Part shown: positions 36,860-50,745 of the stretch, piece by piece
Numbering within the stretch: position 1 is the first letter of the stretch
Layout of the letters: each line of letters begins with the position of its first letter
DNA from: Monocercomonoides exilis PA203
Taxonomy: Eukaryota; Protista; Preaxostyla
Reading direction: 5' to 3'
Assembly: GCA_001643675.2 (NCBI GenBank)
Contig: LSRY02000012.1
Location: forward strand, 1,240,001-1,304,000
DNA: 64,000 bases
Program-made: the position numbers and the translations under genes
Notes under the pieces: model-generated
Databases searched by the model: none
Seen by the model: the letters and a program-made list of their open reading frames with translations, nothing else
Told to the model about the DNA's origin: nothing

Positions 36860-39800
36860 ATGAATTCCTTTTTGTTATTTGCGTATTTACTTGTTTTTGA
36901 TTCTTTTGGAAAAACACATCGCCCAATTCATGAAAGAAAAGACATACCAAAACAGTATCAATGGGATCTAGGACAGTATGGGTTATTTGATTATTGTGAA
37001 ATATGTGTGACTTTTGTTTGAGAAAGAATGTATGATTCTTATCAAGATTGGTCAAATGATTTGGAATCAATACAGCCGCTTATTCAAAAGCTTAGTATAT
37101 ATAAAACACACATAAATGAAAGCTCCGCTTCTTTGGCTTCCGTTCTTCATTTAAATTCTCAAATCTCAAGAAAAGTCGATATTCTTTTTGCATATGCACA
37201 TGCACTAAAGATTCAAGATACCAGAAACAGCAGTGCACAAGCTATGGAAAATAGAGTTCTTGCTGTTTCTGCACAGGCAAATGCTGCAACTGCGTGGATT
37301 GAACCAGAAATTCTTTCGATGGATCCAGAACGACTATCTGAATTACGTCAAGATCCAATGCTGAATGAATGGAATCGTTATTTCGAAATTCTTCTTCGAT
37401 CAAAGCCACATTTATTAAGTTCTAAAGAAGAGAGGATTATGTCATTGATGGCAGAACCGCTTGGAATGTTCCAATCCATCTTTTCACTTCTGGCAAATGC
37501 TGATTTGAAATTTCCAAATGTGACAGTGATGAATGAAGATGGCAGCGGGGGCAATCACACAGAGCAATTAACTGATGCTCTTTTGAGGAGGTTTATGCAG
37601 CATCCTGATCGGACTGTTAGGAGAAATGCGTTCGAGTCGATGTTTACGACACTTTCTTCATTTCAGAATACATTTGTGACTGCGCTTGCTGGACACGTCA
37701 AGGGAGACGTTACACGATCAAAAATACGTAAGTTCAATTCTTCAATCGAAGCATCGCTGTTTGACGTTTGTTTCGTTATATCCGTCATTTAGAATATATT
37801 TCAATATTTTTTCAAAAAAATTCTCTCTTTTTTATGAAAAATAATATCCCGCTGTGATAATTCAAATCTATCAAAATGGCTTTTTGATAACATTTGCATT
37901 ACTAATGAATTATTTCACCCCCACAGGAGAATATTCCTTTGTCTGTTTACGAGAATCTTATTGACTCAGTTCACAGGAACTTGCCAATATTCTATCGATA
38001 TTTGTCTCTCATTCGACATTCTTTAAATGTTGACTCGCTGGAGATGTACGGTTTGCTATACATTTTTATTCACATATTATTTTTAATGAACGCCATCTTA
38101 TTTATGTTTTTGCTTATATTTTGAATGATAATATTTTCATTCATTGGATCAAAATTTTGCATCTATTGAAACGAATTATTGAATAAATTCAATATTTTTT
38201 TGTTCTGTTTCGTTTTATCTCAACAATCCTTTGGGAAGATCTTCATGTTCCTCTTGACAAGAGTGTTGATACAGAAGTTACATATGATGAAGCCATTGAA
38301 ATGGTTCTAGAAGCTATTAAACCGCTCGGAGAAGAATATTCCTCTGCTGCCTCACGAGTTCTAAAGGAGGTATTTTTTTCTTTTCAAATCTTAAAATTTC
38401 AAAGTTCCATTTGCTTTCTAATTCATTTAATTTATTAATTTTTGATATAATTTCTTTAATCGTAATTTCTTTATTCATTTATTTCATTTTCACTCATTGA
38501 TAAAATTTTTGTATTGTTCATTGCTCAATCTGTTCAGTTAAGATGGGTTGATCCATTTCCGAATGTGGGCAAGCAAAGCGGAGCAAGGCAAATGGGGTGC
38601 TACGACAGTCCCTCATACATTTCACTCAATTTTGATAACGTATGTTATTTATTAAACAGATAAACGAAAAATTTCTTTTCTTTTTTTTAATGACAAAATT
38701 TTCTTCATTTATTTATATTTCAAACACAAAATTTCTTTTCATTCTCTTGTATAATCATATTTTCCCCTCTCTTATATATGTTTTAATTTCTCATTTTATG
38801 CATTGCAGACTTTGACTGATGTGTTCACGCTTGCCCACGAGCTGGGGCATGCGATGCATTCTTTGTATTCAAAGCGGTCGCAGCCTGTGCAATACGCACG
38901 ATACAAGATATTCGTGGCTGAAGTGGCGTCAAATGTGAATGAAATACTGCTATTTGACTATCTTATGAACAAAGAAATCGAAAAGGGAAGAGAATTGCTG
39001 ACGAAGGAAAGAGAGAAAGGAAATATGACTCAAACAAGTGTGAATGATAAAAGAAATATGACAGAAGCTACAAACGAGACAAACAATGCACGCTATCCAC
39101 CAAAAGCCTTGCTTAACACCGATTCTTCTGATTTATCTTCTTCTTCTTCTAATTCATTTGCACCAAATACGATCAATTCATCAGAAACAGAAGCCAATTC
39201 TTCTTCAAGTCCAATAATTCACTCACAAAGCGGAGATTATATTGCCACGCCCAGATTGATCACGCTCATTGCGATGAAGTGCGAAAAGATCAAAGGCTCG
39301 GTGTTTCGGCAGACGATGTTTGCTGAATTTGAAAAGGGGCTCCATCAGCTGGCAGAAGGGAAAGAGATAACACTGAATGGAACTGGTACTGTTCTTCGCT
39401 CTGTCACACCTGCATCGCTCTCTTCGTTGTACAAGGAATTGAATGATTTGTACTACGGTGATGAAGAATATCTCGAAAAGACAAATTTTTATTTTGCTGA
39501 TAATAATTCATCTAATGGAAAAGGATCAGGGCAAAAGATTAATAATGCTTTGTCAACGAATACAAACACTTCAAAATGCCCAAGACGCAAGATGCGTTCA
39601 ACACCGTTGATCCGATGGGAGTTTCTTCGGATCCCTCATCTTTATGTAGACTTTTATGTTTATAAATATGCCACTTCTTTCTCTGCTGCCCAGCTAATTG
39701 CTCGCAACATCCTAAATAAAAATGAAGTAAAGAATCAAAATGAACAGTCTCCAACACCTCTTGAAAAGTACATAGAATTCCTTTCAGCAGGAGGAAGCAA

Positions 39801-39918
39801 AGATCCTCTTGATATCCTAGGAGATGTGGGAATTGATATGACAAGTCCTGTTGTTGTGGATAAAGCTATGCAAAGCTTTGAAGAAATGGTAAATCAACTT
39901 GAGCAATTTTTATGTTGA
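36860..39918 (+). CDS. pepF: Oligoendopeptidase F (M3B metallopeptidase), 6 exons, with N-terminal signal-like peptide
   Basis: Spliced ERKDIPKQYQWDL, RWVD...GKQSGA, TLAHELGHAMHS, FVAEVAS, FRQTMFAEFE, RIPH...FYVYKYATS, FLSAGGS..P; 5 GT-AG introns. Confidence 0.9.
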
Positions 39919-40046
39919 AACATTCTTATTCTTCATTTCTCATTTCAAATTTGTTAACATCTGTAACAATTATTCTTTTACACAAATCATATGTGTTATC
40001 AAATTCTATTTTAATTTTTTGGCGTATTATTCGTAAATTCAAAAGA

Positions 40047-43000
40047 ATGGATCAAAAAGAACAAACTGGTTTGTAACAATTAGGAAAGATAATTTTATGA
40101 TATTACGATGAAATTTTGTAATAATTATTCGAGAAATTATTGAAGAGATAAATATTTTTATTTTGCAAAAACCTCATCTTTTTTATTCATTTATCAAATT
40201 ATCAATTTGTATTTTGTATTTGACATAAACGTTTTATAATAGATGAGACAAAAGAAGAGTTTATGATCCAAACAGAAAACTGTAAGGCACAGCTGCAATA
40301 CGAGCTTTCATCTGCGTTGCTTCTTCAAAAAGACTTTCAGCGTGTTTTCTTTGCGAAAGATGAAGAACTCACAAAACTTAGAAAAGAACTTGAAGACCTA
40401 AAAGCAAATTATAATTCTCTACAAGAGTCATGCGATGCTGCGAGAAAATCAGCGGAAGAAATGAAACAGGAAAAAGAAAATGTTGAGATTCTTCTCTCTG
40501 CAACCAAGAATGAACTTCAACAAACAAAGGAGAATTCAAACTTAGAAATAAATAACTTGCAACAAAAATGCCAAACGATTGAACAACAAAGAGTTCAAGA
40601 AAATGATGAATCAAATCAAAAGATTATAAAACTTTCTGAAGAATTGGAAAAGGCAAGTCAAACAGCTTCAAAAGCACTTGAAGTCAACAGAGAATTAACG
40701 TCAATGACAATGCGTTTCGAACAGGAAAAATCAGAATATCTTTCGCAGCTTAATATCCTCACTGGGTCAAACGAAGATCTTACACGCAGAATTTCTGAAC
40801 TGGGAAATGCCCTCAGCGCAGCAAATGAAACGATCATGAAACTGAAAGGAGAATCTTTGGAACTTGCTGAGAAGCTAAAGAAAGAAGAGAGCCGTTCTGT
40901 GTGTGCTGAAAATGAGTTGGAGAAACAAAGATTCCAACAATCTGAGCTTTCTTCAGCAGCGTCAACTTCAAACGGCAATATCTCAAGCAATGAAACATTG
41001 CAGAGCACAATTATGAGCCAACTGCACGAAGCAGAGCTGAAGAACCAGCAGCTGCGTTCTGAGCTAAATGTGATGAAGTTGCAGATGGACAAGCTTGCTG
41101 AGGAAAACACTCAACGAAACAATGAACTGACAACTGTGAAGAGCGAGTGTGAGCAGCTGGGGCAGCAAAAGACAGCGCTGGAGGTGCAGCTGACTGAGGC
41201 GTCGCAGGTGATCCATGTGTTGAAGGAGGAGAAGCTGGAGAATGCAGGGCGAGAAAAGCTGCTGCAGAAGCAGATTGAGAAGGCGGTTGAGATTGTGTCG
41301 GCTTCTGTGAATGCAAATGCATCAGTCGATAACAACAACAATAATAATAATGCTGAATCAAATTCTGAAGGCAAAGAGAATCAGATGGAGGCTGAGTCTT
41401 CACAGGGCAGCAAAGATAATGAAAGTGCATCATCTTCAATTTCACAGGATAACAATGCTGAAAACTCAGAACTGACAAGTGAAGCAAGTCTCTCTGAATC
41501 AGCTTCAGAGAAAAGTGGCCATTCAACATTGCTTCCTCCACAATATCGCTCTCTTGCTGCACTGACAGCAGAACACATCCGTCTTTCAGCTGCTGTGGAG
41601 TTGCTGTTGGACAAAGAGAAAGTAGGCCAAGAAGAGAATAAAACTGACTCATCTGATTCATTCCAGAGGCAGAGTCTGTTGGAAGCTGAAGAGCAGGTGA
41701 AGAAGCTGGAGAGGTGTGTTGAGTCGTGGAAGAAAGTGGGCACGACAAATGCCTCACTGAACAACCACCTGCGGAGGGAGATTGAAACACTGCGGCAGAA
41801 GATTACCTGTTTGGAGGAAGAGAGAGAAAAAAGAAACGAAGCTGCTGCTGCCCAGCAAGCCTTCCTCAGCCAGTACGAAAAGCATCTTATCTCTTCTATT
41901 ACACCTCCTTCATCATCTTCTTCATCATCAGCCTCCTCTTCTTCCTCTTCTTCTTCTTCTCTCTTCACCGGGCTGACCATCGCCACAACAGAGCCCTCGG
42001 AGCTGTTTGACCGCCCGCTCCGCTCGGCTGATCTGCGCCACGCGCTGATGGCACATCCTTCCCCATTCACATCACATCAATCAACTCAACAATTAACCAC
42101 ATCATCTCTTATTCCTCCGCTTTCATCAACAGTTTCACCATCATCCTCATCATCATCCTCTCCTTCACCTTCACAACTCTTGCAGAAGGGCAAATCTCCC
42201 GACACACAATTACATTCCCAACAATATCAACATCAACAGCATCAACAACAGCTCAGCATCGCCTCTGCAATCATCGTTGATCTGCAGCGTCGGCTGAGTG
42301 AAGTGCACCAGATCCACACGAGCACCATTGGCCAGCTGAATCAGCAGGTGGCGTCGCAGCAGCAGACGATTGCGCTGTTCAAGCAGAAGAACCAGCTGTT
42401 GGAGCTGCACACGCAGACGATGGCGACAGAAATGGCGCATCTGAAGGAATCGCTCCAGGAGCAGAACAAACAGGCAGCGGCAGAGTCGTCCTATGCGAGT
42501 CACTTGCTTTCTCTTTTGGAGAGATACGAAGCAATGATCGAGTCTAAAGCGCAGATGCTGCGGCAGATTGACCTGTTCTTCAGCAGAGAGAAGAGGGAGA
42601 AGAGGAAAGCGCAGCTGGAGAGGGACGCGGAGAGGAGGAAGAGAGAGAAGCGAGAGAAAGATTCACAGACACTTAGGCTGATCTACGATACGCTTGTTGA
42701 GTCTGCTAAATTGCAGAGGCCGTCGTCGAAGATGGGAAAGGGAGTGCATTTGATGTTGCCAGAAGAGAATGAGACTGCGAAAGAGGATATCAATGTGCAG
42801 GAAGGAGAAGGAGAAGGAGGAGAAGGAGGAGAAAGAGAGGAGGAAGGAGAAGAGATTGAGGGATTGCCACAAAAGACGAAGAGAAAGAGAGAAGGGAAAT
42901 CTGCGCAGATGCCAATCAAACAGAAAGGTAAAAGAGGAAGAGGAGGTAAAAAACAGAGATTTGTAACGGAATTAATAGAAACACCAGCTGAAGGAGAAGA

Positions 43001-45917
43001 AAAGGGAGACAAAACTGCAGCAGCAGAAGAAGAGGAAGAACAAGGAGGTAAAAGCGATCACGGAACTGCTTCAGAAACTCAACAAAAGCCAACAGGAACG
43101 GAGAAATCTGAGCTAATTTCTCCGCTTACATTATCTGTTGATGCGCTTATATCAGCCAGACACGCCTCGCTGCTGGCAAAAGTGGAAGAGCTGACGAAGT
43201 CTCTTAAGGATGCCACACAAAAAGCAGAAGAAGCGGCTGAAAAGCAACAAGAACTGAAAATTGAAATGGAGGAGCTAACAAAAGCGAAAGATGGGCTGCA
43301 GAAGACGATGGAGGAAGAAAAGCAGGTGTTTGAGAAGGAGAAAGAAGAAATGGCGAAGCAAGTTGAGGACAAGACTCAGGAACTGAAGCGGCTGCAGGCA
43401 GAATTTGACAGTGTGATCAAGGAAGGAGGGATGTCACAGACGGTGGATGCGCTGAGGGAGTCAATAAGAGAGAAAGAAGAAGAGAAGCTGCAGTTAACAT
43501 TGCACTATGCAGAGGAGAAGGCAGAGATGGAGAAGAGCTTTGCGGAGGAGAAAGGGCAGATGGCGCAGCAGATGGCAGAGAAGATGGAGGAGACGAGGAA
43601 AGAATGTGAAGAGAAAACAGGGCTGCTGATGAAGCAGATTGAAGAGCTGCAGAAGGAGCTGGCGGAGACGGCAGAGAAGCTGAGCAAAGTGGAGGAAGAG
43701 CTGCGAGAGGCGAAGACAGAAAAGGAGAAAGTGTTCTCGACATTGACACACACAACAGCCCAGGTGGATGAAGAGAAAGAGCAGAAGGACATGTTTCTGA
43801 ATGAGATTCGCCTGCTGAAGGAGAACTTTGCAGCGGCACAGGGAAGAATCCAGGAAATGGCTGCAGAGCACGAGGCTAAAGTGAAAGAGGATGAAGCGCG
43901 TCTGACAGAAATGAGCACAGTTGTGGAGTCATTGAATGGAGATATCAAGCAGAAGGAGGAGGAAGCGATGAAGCTGAGACAGGAAATAGAGACACTGAAC
44001 AGCAAGCTGAGTGATGCAGTGGCATGTCAAAAAGATGAGATGAGGCAGCATGGAATGACATTGCGCAGATTGGAAGAGGCAGAACAGGAGAGAAACAGGT
44101 TGGAAGGAGAAGTGGAAGAGATGAAGAGGAGAATGACGTTGCAGAAGAAGGAAGCAGAAGAAGGCAGTGGAGAGATGCAAGAAAAGCAGATTGACATGAT
44201 GAAGCAAGTGGAAAAGGAGAATGCGCAGAAGATTGAGCAGCAGGAGAAGAAGTTGGCTGAGCTGACGAGTGCGTTGGAAGACAAGGAGAAAGAGTGTGTG
44301 AGATGGAAGCAGTTGGCATTTAGCCAGACAAAAGCGCCTTTGGCAGTCAAACAAAGGAGTCAGAAAGAAGATGGATCAGATGAACACGAAGAAGAAAGAA
44401 AAGAAGAAGAAGAAGAAGAAGAGAAAGTTTCAGAATCATCTTCAATTCCTGAGCCATTGCATTCGAAGTCTTCAACACTTCTGCCTATCTTGATGTCACA
44501 GATAGATGCGATGGAGTCTCAACTCTCTCTTTTGAAGATGGAAAACCAGCGTCTCTCGTCTGCGCTGGAACTTCGTTCACAGCAAGTGCCACAGCCGCTG
44601 CGGACGGATGCACAAATAGCAGCAGCACAAAATGCACAATTGACACAGATGGGATCAGTTTCCAAAGTAAATGCTTATTCTTCTTCTTCTTCTTCTTCTT
44701 CTTCTGAAAGTGATTTGGAGAGAATTCAGCTTTTGAGCGAGTCCAACAAGACGCTCCGCAGCGACAAGCAGAATTTGGAGAAGAAGCTTATTTCAACTGA
44801 AAGGAAGCTGAATGAAATGGAGAAAGAGATGCAGAAGATGCAAAATGAACTGACAATTTACAAAAAAAGTGCAGAAGAAGCGGCTGTGCTTCGTGTGCGT
44901 GTGGAAGAGCTGACCAAGAAAATCAGTGCGCTCAGCGGAGAATTGGAAGAGATGGGGAAGAAACTGGGAAGGAAAGAGCTGGAGCTGAAGGAAAAGGAGT
45001 TTGAGAGGATGAACGAGAGGAAGCAGAAGGAGAAGGAGAAAAGATTGAGAGAGGAGGAGAAAGGGAAGTTTGAGGCAGAACGGAAAGAAAGAGAAGAAAA
45101 ACTGAGAGAAAGTGAAGCGAATGCAGGAGAGCTGCAAAAAACGCTGAGTGCGAAAGAGGCAGAGCTGAAAAGGTTGAATGAAACGAAGTTGAACTACGAA
45201 GAGGAGCTTGCTAACAAAAATGAAGTTATCAGAAAGAAAGAGGCAGAGCTGGCAGAAGCGATGAAGAAAATGGAGGCAGCTGAAAAAGAACTGAAAGTTC
45301 TGACAGCTTCTTCTCAGCAGCACGGCGAAAGCATCCAAAAACATGAGGCAGAGAAAGCGAGCTATGAAAAGACGATACAAGAGCTTAATGCACAGTTGAG
45401 TATGCTGAAGGAAGAGAAAGAGAAAATCGAAGGAGTGGAGAAGCGGAGAAACGGAGAATTAGCAGAAGCGCAGGGGAAGCTGGCACGAGCCTCGGAGCTT
45501 CTGCAGAGGATGACGCAGACAGCGAAGAGGACGACGGAGTTTGTGAGCAATCTGGTGAAGAGCCAGACGGAAGAGAAGGCGCTGAACAAAGTGCTGGTGG
45601 CAAAGATAAAGAGGATGGAGGCGAAGAGAGAAGCAGCGAATGCCGCAGGAAATACAACACAAAAACAAAATACAGAAGAAAAGACGGAAAAAACAGCAGA
45701 TTTGAATTCTGAGAAAAATGAGGGAGAAGCAGCGGGAAAGCAAAGTGGTATGAAAAATGTAGGAGTTGCTGATTTGCATCATGATGAGAAGAGTAACGCT
45801 ATGGAATCTGATGAGATACCAAACACATCTAACGAACAGACAATTGCACCAAATTTACCACAATCTGCTTCGTTGGATTCTGAAGTTCATCAAAAGGATG
45901 CAGAAGAAAGATCCTAA
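40047..45917 (+). CDS. Long coiled-coil protein, probable nuclear basket TPR/Mlp1 homolog, 2 exons
   Basis: ~1890 aa, heptad-rich. ERIQLLSESNKTLRSDKQNLEKKL resembles the TPR/Mlp LNLLRESN..LR.E motif. A short first exon starts at 40047. Confidence 0.6.
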
Positions 45918-46169
45918 CGAATTCTTTCCAAATACCGTTCTATGTATTTTGCTCAATTCATATTCATTTCATTTATAAACTCCAAATTTTTTCATTTCAT
46001 GCAATTTTTATTTTCATTTTGAGAATGGTAACAGATGTTCTTTGTTGAAAAGAAATGAGATTCTTTGAAAATAGTGAAAAAAACTCGAAAAGTTTCATTT
46101 TTATTTCTTGTGGATGATGAAGGTTGATCAGAAATATGTAATAAATTTCAAAAAAATATTAAAACGACA

Positions 46170-46922
46170 ATGCTCTTAACAAATGCAACGATTATTTATT
46201 TATTAATAACATTCGGAATAACTTATACGTGCTGGATTCCATTGATATATCTTGTTCCAAAAGGAAAAGACTTGCTGAAAATTCCATATTTACTAATATT
46301 GTTTTTGATTGGGGCAAATGCTCCCCCTCTTTCTGCACTTTATATAATGTTATCTTCATCAAAATCAAGTTATTTTTCGCTTCAACCACATTCGCTATCT
46401 ATTTATGTATTTTGGCTTCTTTTTGGAATTGCTTATGTTGTATTTATTGCGATTGGGAGAACAAATATCACAAAAACGAAACGTTCCCAATCAGTTGGAA
46501 AAATATTTTTGAATTTTCCAGCGATGGTAATTGGAGGAGGAACAGAGGAGTTCGGTTGGCGTGGTATTATGTTTCATGAGTTGTCAAGTTGCACCTCTTT
46601 GTTCACCACTGCATTAATAACTGGAATCATTTGGGGATTTTGGCACCTGCCTTTATTTTTCATCGATGGACGTCCCCAGCAAATAAGTGCTAAAAAAAGT
46701 CCTCGAACGGCCTTTTTATCTTTTGTTTTATTATGTTTGTCAATAACTTTTATTTTCGATATTATTGCATTTGAAACCCACAACGTCTTCATTTGTGTGA
46801 TGCTTCATGCTCTTTTGAATTCCATTTTAAGTGTTTATCCATCGGATGAATCTCTCTGCGCAAGCTTAGTTATATTTACCGCATCTATTTTCATTTTCGC
46901 AATCTATTCGTCGATTGCTTGA
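46170..46922 (+). CDS. CPBP/Abi (type II CAAX) intramembrane metalloprotease, intronless
   Basis: EEFGWRG, GIIWGFWHLP, MLHALLN; multiple TM helices. Confidence 0.93.
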   Translation: MLLTNATIIYLLITFGITYTCWIPLIYLVPKGKDLLKIPYLLILFLIGANAPPLSALYIMLSSSKSSYFSLQPHSLSIYVFWLLFGIAYVVFIAIGRTNITKTKRSQSVGKIFLNFPAMVIGGGTEEFGWRGIMFHELSSCTSLFTTALITGIIWGFWHLPLFFIDGRPQQISAKKSPRTAFLSFVLLCLSITFIFDIIAFETHNVFICVMLHALLNSILSVYPSDESLCASLVIFTASIFIFAIYSSIA

Positions 46923-47181
46923 AAAATGATAATGATGGATTTAAAACAATTATAGTGAAAAAAAAAAAAAATATTTTTTTCCTCTGAAAAATAAAAAATA
47001 AATTGTTCGAATGTCTTATGCGTGGAAAGAAAGAATGCTAAGAATAACAATTTTATAAATAATGTGGAAAATAAATTATGTAAGAACGCAAAATTTGATC
47101 ATTTTGAATAATACACATCTTAAGATAATATGGGGCACGATCACTTTTTGTTGCTATTTATTTTTAGAATTTATAATTTTA

Positions 47182-50100
47182 ATGCTTTCAATTATTGTTG
47201 TTGCATTATTTGAATTAATTTCGTGCATTGAAGGTTTGAATTTTACTTTATATTGTTTGAGAATCAAATTCGAAATTAGATTTTCATCAACCAAATTATG
47301 ACGAACGTGGTGCGTATGAGTTCTACGGTAGGAAGCGATTTAATAATCCAAGAGATATTGAAGAGTGGAAGAAAGCTCCGAAAGAGATCAATAATTTAGT
47401 TGAAAAGACACTTGAAACTTATGAAAACTCATCTAATTACAGATGGTCAGAATTGCAGGATAATTCTTTAGCACGTGTATGAAAATTGATAGAGATTAAT
47501 TATTGTTATTAAATGAAATTAATATTTTTAGAAGCTGTCTTCGATGATTGCTCCAGTAATGGTTCTTTTCTGCTTATGCGGAGGATGGTTCACTGTATGG
47601 ATAATTGTACAATGCGCAAAATGCTGTTGTTGCAGCCAAAAAGAAAATCACGGACGTAAGCATTGCTGGGGAGAAAAAGGACCTTCAAAATGTGTTTCCA
47701 TTCCTCTGCGATTGCTATATATTGGACTAACCATTGGATTAATGTTTGCTTTTTTTTAAAGAAATCTTTTAATAAGAGCGTTACGTTTGTAGGATTGGGG
47801 TAGGAACTATTGCTCATGGGTTTTTACAAATACCGAAACAAGGGGAACCTTTATTTATGGATATATCCAATTATCTTAGTGGCTTCAAACATACTTTTAA
47901 ATTTGCATCCAAAGGAGAAGAAGGTTTGATTACATAATTATGGCTTTCAACGGAAATTTCTCTCTCTTTTCTTTTTATTCATTTTTCTCTTTACTTGCAA
48001 TATAGCGGCAACCGGAATGACAGACTCATTAATAAAATCTCTCGGGTTTTATGGAGAAGATCTTAGGTCGCAAATACAACATTTGTCAACGTGCGTTGAT
48101 TCACTAAATCAAACTTTTGAAACGAGAAATAACTTTTTCAAGACTTTGGTGAAAGAAGATTTTTCAAAAATGTACCCTGCATCTGTTCAGGAAAGTTTCC
48201 AATTACTTCATAGCATGAAAATTAAGGTCTGCTTTTTTATTAAAAAAATATGATTAAAAATTCAATATCTTTTTACGACTTATTTTCTTTTTTCTTTCTT
48301 TCTTTTTTTTTTTTTTTTGATAATTTGATGCTCAATTACGCGCTTTTTGGTTTATTATTTAAATTGGTTCAGCTTAACTATTCATATTGCCGCAACAATA
48401 GCACACACAAAAAAGAATTTATAGTTCACAGTAGCAAGCTTGCAGATGGAAGCGACTCTTTGAACGAAACAATGAAAGATGCTATTAAGACAGTTATAAA
48501 AGCTTTTGAAGAATCATCTCCGTTCAACAAAACATCAACATTCTTACCAACAAATATGCTTCTCTTACACTCAGGGTTGAATTATACTTACAGACTTGCT
48601 TCTCTCGATGCGGCAAAAGCAACAGATCTACTGAAAAGTTAGCTTGCATTTTATTTATTTATACATTTATATTGAATTTTATTTTCCTTTCTCTCTCTTG
48701 AAAAATTTTCAGCTTATCAAACAAAAGTTGTGGAATTGCCTGCGTCTATTGAGAACTCCTTTAACAATTCACAGCAATCCTTCTTTTCTTCCGTTGACGA
48801 TAACTTTGACCACAAAAATTTAACATACGAATTGTATTATGAGTTCAGCTATCTCGATGCGATACGTAGCTTCTTTTTTAACGTCACCGACGCCCTCAAC
48901 GGAATTCTTGTTTGCACAGGTGTTCATCCAACAATTACAGAGACGGATCCTGAAATTGTCAAGCAATATTGCCAGAAAGCCAAAATGTTTATTTCGAATG
49001 AAACCTGGCCGGTCTATGAAACTGAAGAAGAAGTGTCTCTGGACAGTCTCATCGGAGAGCGGACAGAAAAGACATACTTTGAAGCACTCACAAATGGCAC
49101 AACAGAATTAGCAGATAAGGCGATTGAAATAAAGACTTCGCTGAATGAAACACTGAAAGCTTTTGAATCGACGAATTGTGTGGGTTCGCTGATGGAGAGC
49201 GTGGAAGAGATTTCAAATGTAACAGAAGAACTCGAGCAGACATTTGCAATAGCCATTGATGGCCTCAGCGCAGTCTCAGGCACTTTCAACAAGTACGTCA
49301 CAAAGCCGATTAACACACTTTCACAAGAATTGGAGAGTTCTAACGCTGAGCGGGATGCTGGAAAGATCAAGTCGCAATGCCGCAGGATTCAGGCTGCCTT
49401 TAATGCAATTGCCGCTGTGATTATTGTGCTATTGTCAGTTAAATCACTTTTGACAATCCTTTCTTGCAGCTCTAATTGTGTTGGCGTGTCAATTTGCTTG
49501 GAATTCTCTTTTGTGTCATTCTTTGGCGTGTTTCTGGTTATGTGCTGTGCTCTCAGCATTGTCCTGTCTGAGGTGAGCACTTATGCATACAATGGCGGTA
49601 TTAGCGATCTGCTTGGCCGTGAAATTGTGGCAAGGACAATTGACAAAGAGACAGATGGATTGAAAAAACTGAAAGATTCACTGAAGAAAGAATGGCTGAA
49701 AAATGGAACATTTTATGACGACAAAGACGAAGAATTTTATTTTGAAAGCAACATGTTCTCAAACTCCAATAACGATACTGTTTCGACTGCTGTGCGTATC
49801 TTTATCAAGACGATCATAGAATTCTGGAACGCAAGCCCGAATTCAGTGGAAACAGACCTTCTGAAAGTTATTCACTCTGCACTTGATCCTTTGTCAGAGA
49901 CGTACAAGGAGTTGTCATATGATGTCCCACGAAACCCACTTTTCAATCTGCCTTCTGGAATTGCAGTGAAGCCGTCTTTGATAATGAAGAGCAAAATATC
50001 AGAAGCAACGCGCCGTTCTGAAGAGGCAATGAAAAACTTTACAGATGGCGTTGATCGAACCCTGAATCCGTATCACTTTGGACAGTTCATTCACGAAATC

Positions 50101-50745
50101 GCTGATCCTATCCTCATTCACATGGTCAGAGGAACTGTTTCTATCTGGCAGGGTACTTTGCTTGTGATAGCGTTTGCCATCCCTCATTTAATTCTTGCAA
50201 TGATTGGCAGAAAAGAATGGGCGATGTATCGTTCATACAAGAACAAGGACGGAGAGACTGTTTATGCAGAAGTTGGCTGCTTCGGATGCTGCAGAAGCAA
50301 GAAGAGCAAGCCTACTGCTTCTTATTATGACCCCGAGAACGACACCACAAATCAATCTGCTCCTGCACAAAGAATTGAAAGTGTGCATGCAGTTCCATTG
50401 CCAACCAACCAGACAGTCAATTATGTGCACATGGACGACAAAGCAATGGAGCAGCCACCAGTCGTGGCGTATCGGACTATCCCTGGCATGCAGATGCTCT
50501 ATCCTCAGTCAAATGGAGCATACATCCAGATGCAAGTGCTCCCTCAGCCATTCATGCAGACTCCACAAAGCCAACCACTTCAACAGCTCCCCGCCGAGCA
50601 GCCATTGCACCCGTATCCACAGCTTCCCGAGCAAATTACTATTCAGCCCGTTGTTTATGCAGCACAGCCCCAGCTGCAACAGCCTGCAAACACTGGTGGA
50701 AATAATATTTCGGCCCCAGTTATTCCTCCACCACTTCAGTTGTAA
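47182..50745 (+). CDS. Prominin/tweety-like pentaspan membrane glycoprotein, multi-exon
   Basis: Signal peptide, TM followed by a CAKCCCC cluster, large N-glycosylated helical loops, further TMs and a P/Q-rich cytosolic tail. The family call rests on topology only. Confidence 0.55.
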
